NCBI GenBank assembly: GCA_003250865.1
Contig: QKJH01000181.1
Span: forward strand, 1-44,391
DNA from: Alphaproteobacteria bacterium
Lineage (GTDB): Bacteria; Pseudomonadota; Alphaproteobacteria; Micavibrionales; SZUA-601
Direction of reading: 5' to 3'
DNA: 44,391 nt
Part shown: positions 1 through 8,428 of the stretch, piece after piece
Position numbering within the stretch: the stretch's first letter is position 1
How the letters are laid out: the number at the start of each line of letters is the position of its first letter
The notes under the pieces: model-generated
Databases searched by the model: none
What the model was told of the DNA's origin: nothing
Seen by the model: only the letters and a program-made list of their open reading frames with translations
Translations under genes and position numbers: made by a program

Positions 1-52
1 ATAATATTGTTATGAGCATATGTCAATTAATCAAATATAAATATCTGATTAT

Positions 53-1006
53 TTACTGTTTTAAAGCATCAAGATTCCTTTTATAAAATCTTTTTCCCTC
101 ATATGTGTATTCAATAATTTTGTTCTGATCAATAAGTTCTTTTAATATCGAGCTGTCCGCTTTTTTTACTTTAATATAATGCCGGATGATTTCTTCTCTG
201 ATCGGATGTACGGAAGTAATGCTTAAAAGATCTTCCGCGACATTATCCGTAAAGAAGAACCCCTGTTCGGTATCGTCCTCGGTGATACATTCAACATTTA
301 CGCTGGAAATGCTGTTAATTATGCTTGCGGTTTTAATAAGACTTTCGCTTGTCGCTCTGTATATATTACTTTCGGCGGGTGGCCTTGTCGGCACCAATAT
401 ATATGATTTACGTGGATTGATTTTCAAAATTTGTTCTGCTATTCCCTCAATATGTCGGGGATCATCATTCAACCCCGATACAAGCATGGTTTCGGTCACA
501 AGGTTTCCTTTATATGATTTTGAAAAGTCGATCACGCCTTTCAAAACTTTTTGAAGGCTCAAGCCGCCGTGCGGTCTGTCGATCCGGTGCCAGACATCGT
601 CCGAAACAGCGTCGATTTTCACGGACACCCAATCCGATTTTGATAAATCTTCTTTCACTTCATCCATCCATAAAAGCGACGCATTCGTTATGACCGCCGT
701 TTTAATATTCAAATTTTTTATAAGATCAAGTTCGATACCTAAATTCTTATCAAGTGTCGGTTCGCCGTCCGGTACAAAGGATATATAATCCGGCTGTTTT
801 CCGTTTTCCTTGATCTGATTCACCTTAGTTTTTACCTCAGAATATATATCTTCAGGCTTGTAAAATTCTTTTCTGTATATCTTCATGTTTTTTGTTCTGC
901 CGATCTGACAGTAAACGCAGGAATAAGAACAAACTTTAGGAGGAATATTGTTGACTCCGAGGCTTTGTCCCAATCTTCGTGAGGGGACAGGACCGTATAC
1001 GAACAT
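53..1006 (-). CDS. radical SAM protein, uncharacterised family
   Basis: ORF 53..1096. The likely start is MFVYGPVPSRRLG, with ATG at 1004-1006, 4 nt after the def stop and preceded by AGGAAA. CSYSCVYCQ is the CxxxCxxC radical-SAM cluster motif. Confidence 0.8.
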   Translation of the reverse strand: MFVYGPVPSRRLGQSLGVNNIPPKVCSYSCVYCQIGRTKNMKIYRKEFYKPEDIYSEVKTKVNQIKENGKQPDYISFVPDGEPTLDKNLGIELDLIKNLNIKTAVITNASLLWMDEVKEDLSKSDWVSVKIDAVSDDVWHRIDRPHGGLSLQKVLKGVIDFSKSYKGNLVTETMLVSGLNDDPRHIEGIAEQILKINPRKSYILVPTRPPAESNIYRATSESLIKTASIINSISSVNVECITEDDTEQGFFFTDNVAEDLLSITSVHPIREEIIRHYIKVKKADSSILKELIDQNKIIEYTYEGKRFYKRNLDALKQ

Positions 1007-1010
1007 AATA

Positions 1011-1493
1011 TCATTTCCTTTCTGTTGAAGCATCGCTGTTATATAAAGATTCGGGAGAAGCTTTATCAATAAATAAAATCCCATCAAGATGGTCAATTTC
1101 GTGACAGAAAGCTCGAGCCAATAGTCCCGTTCCTTTTAAAATAACAGAATCTCCATTTTCATTCAAAGTGCTGACTTCCACTTGCTCAGGCCGTTTTACA
1201 GTTCCGTAAATACCGGGGATACTTAAACATCCCTCAGTCTCCTGCTGTTCACCATAAGAGCTTACGATTTCCGGGTTTATTAGCTTTATCAAGCCTTCTC
1301 CCGCATCGATAACGACCAATCTTTTTAATATGCCAATCTGTACCGCAGCCAGCCCCGCGCCATCTGCCTGATACATGGTTTCTGCCATATCGTCAAGAAT
1401 GGATAATATCCTGCCGTCTATCTTTTCTACTGTTTTTGATTTTTTACGCAGAATATCATCCTTTTGATAATTCATTATATTTCTTATAGCCAT
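1011..1493 (-). CDS. def: peptide deformylase
   Basis: Translation MAIRNIM...GLAAVQIG...EGCLSIPG...HEIDHLDG carries the three deformylase motifs. The start was moved to M16 (ATG 1491-1493), which follows an AAGGA SD. Confidence 0.9.
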   Translation of the reverse strand: MAIRNIMNYQKDDILRKKSKTVEKIDGRILSILDDMAETMYQADGAGLAAVQIGILKRLVVIDAGEGLIKLINPEIVSSYGEQQETEGCLSIPGIYGTVKRPEQVEVSTLNENGDSVILKGTGLLARAFCHEIDHLDGILFIDKASPESLYNSDASTERK

Positions 1494-1536
1494 GTGTATC
1501 ATCCTTATATGATTAAAATGATAGTGAAATGCGAAC

Positions 1537-1559
1537 AAGGCAGGCCTCAGGCCTGCCTT
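1537..1559 (-). terminator. GC-rich hairpin between the last DUF5320-like gene and def (possible terminator or attenuator)
   Basis: AAGGCAGGCC-TCA-GGCCTGCCTT is a perfect 10-bp stem. The U-tract on the minus strand is weak (GTTCGCATTT). Confidence 0.35.
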
Positions 1560-1576
1560 TCGCTTTACCGACAGGG

Positions 1577-1903
1577 CTATTCTTCCGTGCTTCCTTCAAA
1601 GTCCGCAAGACGCTTTTTTACATCGTGAAGCTGATTTTCCAACAGCTTTGCCTGTCTTTTCAGAAGCTCTTTTTCATCAGCATCCGACGCATATGCCCCA
1701 TTTGTATTTTGGCCGCCGAAGCGTGCCCATCTCGGCAAACCGGTCGCATAAAACATTCGTCTGAAGCCTCGACCTCCACCGAAACCACATCCGTAACCGA
1801 CCGGATTTGCGTAACCCGGGGCAGCAAAGCCCGTACAGAAGCCCGCGCCTCGCCCTGTCATTGGACCCATTCCCATAGGTCCGGTTCCATCTCCTCTTGG
1901 CAT
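1577..1903 (-). CDS. DUF5320-like small protein (MPRGDGTGP N-terminus, Gly-rich, charged helical C-terminus)
   Basis: 108-aa ORF. The N-terminus MPRGDGTGPMGMGPMTGRGAGFC is shared with two paralogs in the same operon. Confidence 0.75.
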   Translation of the reverse strand: MPRGDGTGPMGMGPMTGRGAGFCTGFAAPGYANPVGYGCGFGGGRGFRRMFYATGLPRWARFGGQNTNGAYASDADEKELLKRQAKLLENQLHDVKKRLADFEGSTEE

Positions 1904-1929
1904 AATATCACCACCTTTCCTGTTAACTT

Positions 1930-2160
1930 TTATTTTTGTATTCTGTTGCGGTTAAATAACCGATAAGCCAGATACGCGCATCCGGGCAGCACTCCAGCGA
2001 GCCAGAACATACGTCTATAACCTCGACCTTGTCCGAACCACATTCCTCGTCGGACTCTTGTATTCGCATATCCGGGTGTTTTAAAGCCTGCGCAGAAACC
2101 TGCACCTCGTCCAGTCAATGATCCCATTCCCAAAGGACCGGTTCCGTCACCTCTCGGCAT
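1930..2160 (-). CDS. DUF5320-like small protein, paralog
   Basis: 76-aa ORF. MPRGDGTGPLGMGSLTGRGAGFCAGF is nearly identical over the first ~35 aa to the 1577..1903 product. Confidence 0.7.
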   Translation of the reverse strand: MPRGDGTGPLGMGSLTGRGAGFCAGFKTPGYANTRVRRGMWFGQGRGYRRMFWLAGVLPGCAYLAYRLFNRNRIQK

Positions 2161-2172
2161 AATATTCTCTCC

Positions 2173-2574
2173 TTATTCTTTTATACATAATAATTTGCTT
2201 ATTTGATTACTAAGCCTCTCTGCTGTTTCCGGACTGACAGCATGCTCCATTTTACAGGCATCTTTATTGGCGATTACTGCGTTTACTCCCAATACATCTA
2301 CTAAAAATGTTATGATGAGGTCGTGTTTGTTTTTTATTTGCATAGCAAGCTTATATCCGTTTTCTGTTAAAATAATGCTTCCGTATTTTTCTTTTTCAAT
2401 AAGTCCGGAGCTTTTCAGTTCTGTCATCATTCTGCTTACGCTGGCTCGTGTAATCCCAAGCCTCTCAGCAACACCCGACGATTGCACTTCTTTATTGCAT
2501 TCAGATAATTCATATATCACCCGTAAATAATCTTCCTTTGAACGAGTAATTGAATTTTTTTGAGTGGAATCCAT
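2173..2574 (-). CDS. DtxR/MntR-family metal-dependent transcriptional regulator
   Basis: 133 aa. It has an N-terminal winged HTH (EDYLRVIYEL...VAERLGITRASVSRMMTELK) followed by a dimerisation/metal helix region. Confidence 0.8.
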   Translation of the reverse strand: MDSTQKNSITRSKEDYLRVIYELSECNKEVQSSGVAERLGITRASVSRMMTELKSSGLIEKEKYGSIILTENGYKLAMQIKNKHDLIITFLVDVLGVNAVIANKDACKMEHAVSPETAERLSNQISKLLCIKE

Positions 2575-2576
2575 TT

Positions 2577-2789
2577 TTATGAGCCTCTAATCATGGATGT
2601 GCCGCATTTTGGGCATTTTACAGAAGTACATGGAATTCCCGGCGCATGTGCTATTTTTTCTCCGCATTTCGGACATACGCAATAGCCTCCGGGACCAGAG
2701 CGCATACCGCCTATTCTACCTTGTCTTCCAATGCCTCTTCCTGTAATCGGTCCCTGTCCCAACGGGCCTGTTCCGTCTTTATTCGGCAT
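2577..2789 (-). CDS. DUF5320-like small protein with C-terminal zinc ribbon
   Basis: MPNKDGTGPLGQGPITGRGIG N-terminus, then CVCPKCG...CPKCG (two CxxC pairs). Confidence 0.7.
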   Translation of the reverse strand: MPNKDGTGPLGQGPITGRGIGRQGRIGGMRSGPGGYCVCPKCGEKIAHAPGIPCTSVKCPKCGTSMIRGS

Positions 2790-2816
2790 AACAAAAACCT
2801 CCTCGAATAATATTAA

Positions 2817-3206
2817 TCAATCGTCATGTGGATGGTCGCAGACAGTTTTGTCCAATCCGTAACCTCGCCCCGTGCCGGGAACACATAGGCTTTCACCATT
2901 TGCTATAAGGGTTCCTTGTATAAAGGAATCAAGTGTATTGTTTACATCTCCGGTAACTCCCGCAATTACCTGTATCCCATAAGAATTAAATATTTCCGTT
3001 GCTCTTGCTCCGATGCCGCCGCAAATAATTCTATGAACACCCTTTGAATGTAGGAACTCCGGAATAGCTCCGGGAGCATGACCCGGATTTGGAAGCCTCT
3101 CTGATTTTATCAGTTTACTGCTCTGTATCTCCGCAATCAAAAACTCAGGACATCTTCCGAAATGCGCGGATACTGAGTTGCAATCAGTTGAAATTGCTAT
3201 TTTCAA
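2817..3206 (-). CDS. NifB/NifX-family (dinitrogenase Fe-Mo cofactor-binding fold) protein
   Basis: MKIAIST...HFGRCPEF...IICGGIGARA pattern is typical of the NifX/NifB C-terminal fold. It is a paralog of 4919..5290. Confidence 0.75.
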   Translation of the reverse strand: MKIAISTDCNSVSAHFGRCPEFLIAEIQSSKLIKSERLPNPGHAPGAIPEFLHSKGVHRIICGGIGARATEIFNSYGIQVIAGVTGDVNNTLDSFIQGTLIANGESLCVPGTGRGYGLDKTVCDHPHDD

Positions 3207-3211
3207 TGCAT

Positions 3212-4087
3212 TTACCTCCTTCTACCTGTTATTGTTGATATTTGTTCCGAAAGCTTTTCCCAGATATCTTCAATTTCTGCTGTAATATTTTCAAGTCCAG
3301 CGTCAATCGGCGTTTTAAACTCACGCAGCGCATAAACAATCTTCGGCTCAAACGGAATTTTTCCGATTACCTTAAAACCGTTCTTATCGCAAAAATCCTC
3401 AATTTGCCTTGTAATATCCGGGTTAAGATCATATTTATTAATGCACACATAACCCGGAATATCAAAATGCTTTGCTACTGCCAGAACTCTTTCAAGATCG
3501 CTAATCCCGGATTTTGTCGGCTCCGATACGGCAACGACGGCGTCAGCCCCGGTTATTGAAGCGATTACGACACAGCCGATTCCGGGGGAACCATCAATCA
3601 GCAGCCAATCCTCTTCGTTTATATGGTTCCTCGCGTTTTTCCTGACCTCTGTAACCAGCTTCCCCGAACCTTCAGCACCGATATCCAAAAGGGCATGGGA
3701 GAAGGTGCCTCTGTCCGTTTCAGAGACATAAGTATTTCCTGTTTTTACATCCTCAAGATGAATTGCACCTGCGGGACATATCAAGGTACATGCGCCGCAG
3801 CCCTCGCAGTGAAACGGGACGATCTCAAAATCCTCGCTGATAGCGCCGAACCGGCAGGTTCTGCGGCAAATACCGCAGGAAAGGCATTTATCCTTATCAA
3901 TAACCGCTTCTTTCGCACCGTAATAATCTTTTTCTTCCATGACCTTCCCATTCAGCAAAATATGAAGATTGGGAGCGTCAACATCGCAGTCGGCAAGCAT
4001 TTTATTCTGAACGATCTGACTTAAAGAAGCTACGAGCGTGGATTTTCCTGTTCCGCCTTTACCGCTGATAAAAACAATCTGCTTCAC
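3212..4087 (-). CDS. MinD/Mrp-like P-loop ATPase with inserted 4Fe-4S ferredoxin domain
   Basis: Deviant Walker A ISGKGGTGKST. Cys clusters CLSCGICRRTC and CEGCGACTLICP. Overlaps the upstream paralog by 4 nt. Confidence 0.8.
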   Translation of the reverse strand: MKQIVFISGKGGTGKSTLVASLSQIVQNKMLADCDVDAPNLHILLNGKVMEEKDYYGAKEAVIDKDKCLSCGICRRTCRFGAISEDFEIVPFHCEGCGACTLICPAGAIHLEDVKTGNTYVSETDRGTFSHALLDIGAEGSGKLVTEVRKNARNHINEEDWLLIDGSPGIGCVVIASITGADAVVAVSEPTKSGISDLERVLAVAKHFDIPGYVCINKYDLNPDITRQIEDFCDKNGFKVIGKIPFEPKIVYALREFKTPIDAGLENITAEIEDIWEKLSEQISTITGRRR

Positions 4088-4914
4088 TGTAAAACACGCT
4101 CCTTTATCTTGTCATATAGTTCTATAAAACGGGCCGCCCATTCTTTATTGTTTTGAACAGGTAGGGTGCCGCCGGAATAGTTTTTTGCGATTTCCTTTAA
4201 ATAAGGTATTTTGAGCAGAATTTCAATTCCTTCTTCTTTGCAGTAATCTTGAATTAAGCTGTTGTTTTCAAGCGCTTTATTGATCACAATGCCAAACGGA
4301 AACCCGAGCTTTTTAACAAGCGATACGGCAATTTTCAGATCATGCAATCCAAAGGGAGTCGGCTCAGTTACCAAAAGACAGAAATCGCAGCCTTCCAATG
4401 ACTGGACGACCGTACAGGATGCGCCCGGAGAGCAATCGAGAATAACCGGTATATCCGTTCTTAAATATTCCTTCAGTTTTTTTATTACAGGCACCGCAAC
4501 CGGTTCCCCGATATTCAGCTTTCCCTGAGCAAAAGTTTGGTCGTCATTCATCTCAATAACACCGATGGTTCTTTCCGAAGCAGTCATAGCGCCGGGCTTA
4601 CAGGCGATATAACAAGCTCCGCAGTGATGGCAGATTTCAGGGAAGAGTATGACCTTATTTTTGATAACGGCAAGCGCATGAAACTGGCAGGCCTTTGCGC
4701 AAGCTCCGCAGCTGGTACAAATCGATTCATCAACGCAGGGGATCTCAACGTTTACAGGAATCGAATGTTTGATGTCCGGTTTTAAGAAAATATATCCGTT
4801 CGGTTCCTCCACGTCACAATCAACATATTGGGAAGGCTTAATCGTTGCGGAAAGGCTGGCGGATACGGTTGTTTTACCCGTACCGCCTTTTCCGCTTAAT
4901 ACAGCGATCTTCAT
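4084..4914 (-). CDS. MinD/Mrp-like P-loop ATPase with inserted 4Fe-4S ferredoxin domain
   Basis: Walker A LSGKGGTGKTT. Cys clusters CTSCGACAKAC and CHHCGACYIAC. Confidence 0.8.
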   Translation of the reverse strand: MKIAVLSGKGGTGKTTVSASLSATIKPSQYVDCDVEEPNGYIFLKPDIKHSIPVNVEIPCVDESICTSCGACAKACQFHALAVIKNKVILFPEICHHCGACYIACKPGAMTASERTIGVIEMNDDQTFAQGKLNIGEPVAVPVIKKLKEYLRTDIPVILDCSPGASCTVVQSLEGCDFCLLVTEPTPFGLHDLKIAVSLVKKLGFPFGIVINKALENNSLIQDYCKEEGIEILLKIPYLKEIAKNYSGGTLPVQNNKEWAARFIELYDKIKERVLQ

Positions 4915-4918
4915 TACC

Positions 4919-5290
4919 TCAACTCCTGTTTCCCATTCCGAAATGTGAAGGAACGGTTTCAGTTATTTTTTCTAATTTTCCTGCTTTGTAATTTTCGATG
5001 TTCTCTTTTACGGATTCAGTTTTTCCTCTGTAAATGCTGATGCCCGCCGCTTTCAATACATTCATCGCATTGGGACCGACATTTCCGGTAACTATGGCTT
5101 CAACACCTTTTTCTACCATCAGCTGACCCGAACTGATTCCCGCGCCGCCACCGGAAACTCCGGCTTCATTCGGGATAACCGTATGCTCACCGGATTCTAA
5201 ATCAGCGACAACAAAGTACGAGCACCTTCCAAACCGGGGATCAAGCATGCTTTCAACTGTCTCACCGCTTGAGGTTATACAAATCTTCAT
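4919..5290 (-). CDS. NifB/NifX-family protein
   Basis: MKICITS...RFGRCSYF...IVTGNVGPNA. First gene of the minus-strand operon. Confidence 0.75.
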   Translation of the reverse strand: MKICITSSGETVESMLDPRFGRCSYFVVADLESGEHTVIPNEAGVSGGGAGISSGQLMVEKGVEAIVTGNVGPNAMNVLKAAGISIYRGKTESVKENIENYKAGKLEKITETVPSHFGMGNRS

Positions 5291-5312
5291 TTTATCGTCT
5301 CCTTTAATGTTA

Positions 5313-5360
5313 TTGGCATATGCCCATTACTATGATAATACTATTATGAGCATATGTCAA
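5313..5360 (-). promoter_or_regulatory. promoter of the NifX/MinD/DUF5320 operon with operator-like palindromes
   Basis: On the minus strand: TTGACA (5360-5355), a 17-nt spacer, then TATCAT (5337-5332). The 13-nt palindrome ATAATA-G-TATTAT (5335-5347) overlaps the -10 and the spacer. The perfect palindrome GGCATATGCC (5315-5324) lies just downstream of the -10. Confidence 0.5.
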
Positions 5361-5394
5361 TAACTTATTCGATATTTCATATAAATTTCTTTAT

Positions 5395-5419
5395 AAAAAA
5401 AGAGAGCCATAAGGCTCTC
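5395..5419 (-). terminator. rho-independent terminator after the Fur-family gene
   Basis: GAGAGCC-ATAA-GGCTCTC is a 7-bp perfect stem (5402-5419). It is followed on the minus strand by seven T (5395-5401). Confidence 0.7.
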
Positions 5420-5449
5420 CGGTAAAATTTTTTGACAAAGTCAAATTTA

Positions 5450-5881
5450 TTATAAATTATGAATTTGGCAATTAGGGCAATAACCGTAAATATTCAGATT
5501 GTGACCTTCTATAGTAAAATTTGTTTCATTTGCAAGGACTTTTTCATAACCCTCAAGAGGGCAGTGTTCTATAGCTAATATTTTTTTACAGCCAAGGCAA
5601 ATCAGGTGATGCCTGTGTATCATGTGGTTAAATTCAAATAACGTTCTGTTATCTCCTTTAACGTTTAGCTTTATTAAGAGATTTTTATCACACAACGTAT
5701 CAAGAGTTCTGTAAACAGTAGATAGATTAATGGATATTTTCCTTACCAGCATTTCCTCAAACAGCTGTTCAGCGGAAATAGGCTGGCTGCTTTTTTTCAA
5801 AATGTCAAGAATCATAGTACGGTGCTTCGTGTTTTTTAATCCATTTCTTTTTAATTCACTATAAATATCAGTTTTTTTCAT
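5450..5881 (-). CDS. Fur-family transcriptional regulator, probably Zur
   Basis: HTH region plus HHLICLGC and CPNC Zn-site pairs. Last gene of the metal ABC operon. Start moved to M6 (ATG 5879-5881) behind an AAGGTGA SD. Confidence 0.75.
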   Translation of the reverse strand: MKKTDIYSELKRNGLKNTKHRTMILDILKKSSQPISAEQLFEEMLVRKISINLSTVYRTLDTLCDKNLLIKLNVKGDNRTLFEFNHMIHRHHLICLGCKKILAIEHCPLEGYEKVLANETNFTIEGHNLNIYGYCPNCQIHNL

Positions 5882-6725
5882 TAAATTCACCTTCATGCGT
5901 ATTTTGAGTATCTTTTAATTTGTTATTTACTGTACGCACAGTATATGTTAATAAATAACTGATCACAGATATAACTACTATAACTGCTCCGGAAGCAATA
6001 TTCATCTCATAAGATATCCATAGACCGGCAATACAAAAGACACTGCCAAATAAAATTGAATACAGCATTCGTCTTTTAAAATCAAAGGTAAATACACTTG
6101 CTGTTGCGGCCGGAGCTGTGAGCAGGGCAAGCACAAGGATGATTCCGACAACCCGAATTAAAACAACTACAGTCATTGCAATAAGTAAGAGCAGCAGATA
6201 TTCCAGAAAGACTGTTTTAATACCAATAATTGTGGCGAATTCTTCGTCAAAAAGATAAGCTTTCCAATTATTGAATAAAGCAAAAATTACGAATATTACA
6301 ATAACCGTTAATAACACCATTAAGTAAAGATCAGATTTCGTAACCGAAAGAATGTTTCCGAAAAGATAAGAGCTTAAATCCGGGGGATATCCGGGCATTA
6401 AGGCAATGAAAAGAATACCAAGTGCCATTCCAAGCGACCAGAACAAACCAATTACCACATCAGAACGAGCACCGCCTTTTCTTTTTATATAACCTATTCC
6501 CAAAGCTGCACAAACAGAAAATAAAAACGCACCAATAATCGGTTCAAAGCCTAAAAGATAACCCAGCCCAACACCGCCGTACGAGGTATGTGCGATTCCT
6601 CCGCTCATCATAACCAGCTTTTTTTCAATAATAATATCGCCGATAATTCCGCATACGATGCTTGCCAATATACTGGCAAGCAAAGCATTTTGTAAAAATT
6701 GATATTCAAAGAGTGCTTTAATCAT
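5868..6725 (-). CDS. metal (Zn/Mn-type) ABC transporter permease
   Basis: Multi-TM ZnuB/TroC-like sequence. Start at M7 (ATG 6723-6725) behind GGAGG, overlapping the ATPase stop. Confidence 0.8.
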   Translation of the reverse strand: MIKALFEYQFLQNALLASILASIVCGIIGDIIIEKKLVMMSGGIAHTSYGGVGLGYLLGFEPIIGAFLFSVCAALGIGYIKRKGGARSDVVIGLFWSLGMALGILFIALMPGYPPDLSSYLFGNILSVTKSDLYLMVLLTVIVIFVIFALFNNWKAYLFDEEFATIIGIKTVFLEYLLLLLIAMTVVVLIRVVGIILVLALLTAPAATASVFTFDFKRRMLYSILFGSVFCIAGLWISYEMNIASGAVIVVISVISYLLTYTVRTVNNKLKDTQNTHEGEFNEKN

Positions 6726-7509
6726 TATAATTTTCCTCCTCATGCTCCTTTAGCACTCTATGAGGTACTCCATGAGCAATAAGGTCAACCGGGCAACCAT
6801 ATAGGCTGTTTACAATACTTTCGGTAAGCTCCGGCTCTCCATGATAAACAAGTCTTCCGTTCAGGCAAGCCAACCTGTGAACCTGTGACGAGATAGCAAG
6901 CAAATCATGTGTAACTAAGATAATGGTCATGCTTTTGTTTAATTCCGCAAGCAAATCATAAATCTGCCGCTGCGAAAAAGCATCCACACTGGCGGTTGGC
7001 TCATCTAAAAGCAATAGCTTTGGTTTGGTAGCCAACGCTCTTGCAATCAGCATTTTTTGAAATTCACCGCCTGACAATTCAGATATCTGACGATTTGCAA
7101 GGTTTGGAATACCAACCTTTTCAATGAGTTCATTTGCTAAATCCTTTTCCTTTGCGCTATATTTATAAAATGGTGTTAAGCCCTTCTTTAAGCATCCTGT
7201 AAGAACCACCTCAAGCAATGTAATCGGGAACCGCTTATCCATTGCAGCAAATTGCGGCACATAACTCATTAATGTTCTGCTTTTTTGGATACTGTTATCA
7301 TATATCTGCACATTTCCCGAGGCAATTGATACAAGACCGAGAATAGCCTTTAACAGTGTCGATTTACCTCCTCCGTTCGGGCCAATAATTCCAAGATATT
7401 CACCATCATCAACATCAAGGCAGATATTAGAAATTGCAGGTTTTTGGCCGTAATATACTGTAAGATTTTCAATATGTACCGCATAACTATTGTTCGCTGC
7501 ATTGTTCAT
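6718..7509 (-). CDS. metal ABC transporter ATP-binding protein
   Basis: Walker A GPNGGGKST, signature LSGGEFQ, Walker B LLLLDEP. Its start overlaps the stop of the upstream binding-protein gene (ATGA). Confidence 0.85.
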   Translation of the reverse strand: MNNAANNSYAVHIENLTVYYGQKPAISNICLDVDDGEYLGIIGPNGGGKSTLLKAILGLVSIASGNVQIYDNSIQKSRTLMSYVPQFAAMDKRFPITLLEVVLTGCLKKGLTPFYKYSAKEKDLANELIEKVGIPNLANRQISELSGGEFQKMLIARALATKPKLLLLDEPTASVDAFSQRQIYDLLAELNKSMTIILVTHDLLAISSQVHRLACLNGRLVYHGEPELTESIVNSLYGCPVDLIAHGVPHRVLKEHEEENYND

Positions 7510-8384
7510 TGCATAACCTCCGCCAATGTATCAGCCATTTTTTTCAGATTACTAATGTAATCTGCTGCTAAGGGCGCAAGCTGTATGGTTTTTCCGCCAA
7601 TTTCTTCAGCAAACGCTTCCGATTGACTGCTGTCAACTTCTTCTTGATAAAATATTACTTTAATTTTTTCTTTCTTTGCAAGGTCGATCATTTCCTGTAA
7701 GTTTTGGGGTGTCGCTTCTTTGCCTTCTTCCTGCAACGCATACATAGTTAAGCCATAATCATCGGCAAGATATCCGAAAGCGGGATGATAAACAATAAAC
7801 TTCTTATTTTGCACCTCTTTAACGGCATCTTTTATCTGCCTGTCAAGTTCATCGAGTTGATTGATATATACATCAGCATTTTCATTGTATTTACTCGCAT
7901 TATCAGGATCAAACTCACTCATTTTTTGAGCGATAACCTCAATAATGACCTTCACACGTTTGGGAGAAAGCCAGATATGGGGGTCTCTCTCTCCGGACTC
8001 AAATGTCCTGTCCGGATAAACTAAAGCAACTTCATCCTGAAGCAAAACTACTTTAACATCTCCGATATTAGGAAGTATATTTGACTTTTCCGTTGGTACT
8101 CCAATAGAAAAATATAAGGATGCTTTACTGAATTTCTCCATTTCTTTTGGGGTAGGTTCATAGTTTTCGGGACTGTTTCCCGGCGGAATAAGTGTGATAA
8201 CATCCACTAAATCACCGCATACCGCTTTAACATAGGTTTGTTCAGGTACAATGGTAACTGCGATTATTGGTTTTTCTGTCTGTATGGTTTCTTTACTGCA
8301 AGAAACTGTTGACAGAAGAACAAGAGTAAGAAATGTAATAGATATAATACCTATACAATTGCGAAACACCCTGTTGGATAACAT
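7506..8384 (-). CDS. metal ABC transporter substrate-binding lipoprotein (ZnuA/TroA-like)
   Basis: Signal peptide with lipobox-like STVSC. Cluster-9 SBP-like sequence (PHIWLSP, YHPAFGY). Confidence 0.8.
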   Translation of the reverse strand: MLSNRVFRNCIGIISITFLTLVLLSTVSCSKETIQTEKPIIAVTIVPEQTYVKAVCGDLVDVITLIPPGNSPENYEPTPKEMEKFSKASLYFSIGVPTEKSNILPNIGDVKVVLLQDEVALVYPDRTFESGERDPHIWLSPKRVKVIIEVIAQKMSEFDPDNASKYNENADVYINQLDELDRQIKDAVKEVQNKKFIVYHPAFGYLADDYGLTMYALQEEGKEATPQNLQEMIDLAKKEKIKVIFYQEEVDSSQSEAFAEEIGGKTIQLAPLAADYISNLKKMADTLAEVMQ

Positions 8385-8405
8385 TATATTTACCTCCTTT
8401 ATGAC

Positions 8406-8426
8406 AAATGCGAATCATTTGCATCT
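8406..8426 (-). promoter_or_regulatory. Zur/Fur-box-like operator
   Basis: AAATGCGAAT-C-ATTTGCATCT is an imperfect 10-1-10 palindrome (8 of 10 arm positions pair). It sits 2 nt downstream of the -10 and resembles the AAATCGTAAT-N-ATTACGATTT Zur-box pattern. Confidence 0.5.
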
Positions 8427-8428
8427 AC

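Noticed and set aside
1529-2105. ORFs 1529..1966 (+) and 1923..2105 (-) overlapping the DUF5320-like genes.
   Set aside because: They are antisense or alternative-frame readings of Gly/Arg-rich coding sequence. They have no SD and no recognisable protein features. The DUF5320-like frames are supported by paralogy.
53-2789. Possible RiPP-like system: three Gly-rich small peptides with a shared N-terminal leader, next to a radical SAM enzyme.
   Set aside because: - The small proteins are embedded in the NifX/MinD/DtxR operon.
- They are separated from def and the radical SAM gene by a strong hairpin.
- The conserved part is N-terminal and Gly-rich, but there is no obvious variable core, protease, transporter or RRE-like partner.
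- Linkage to the radical SAM gene is more simply explained by adjacency.
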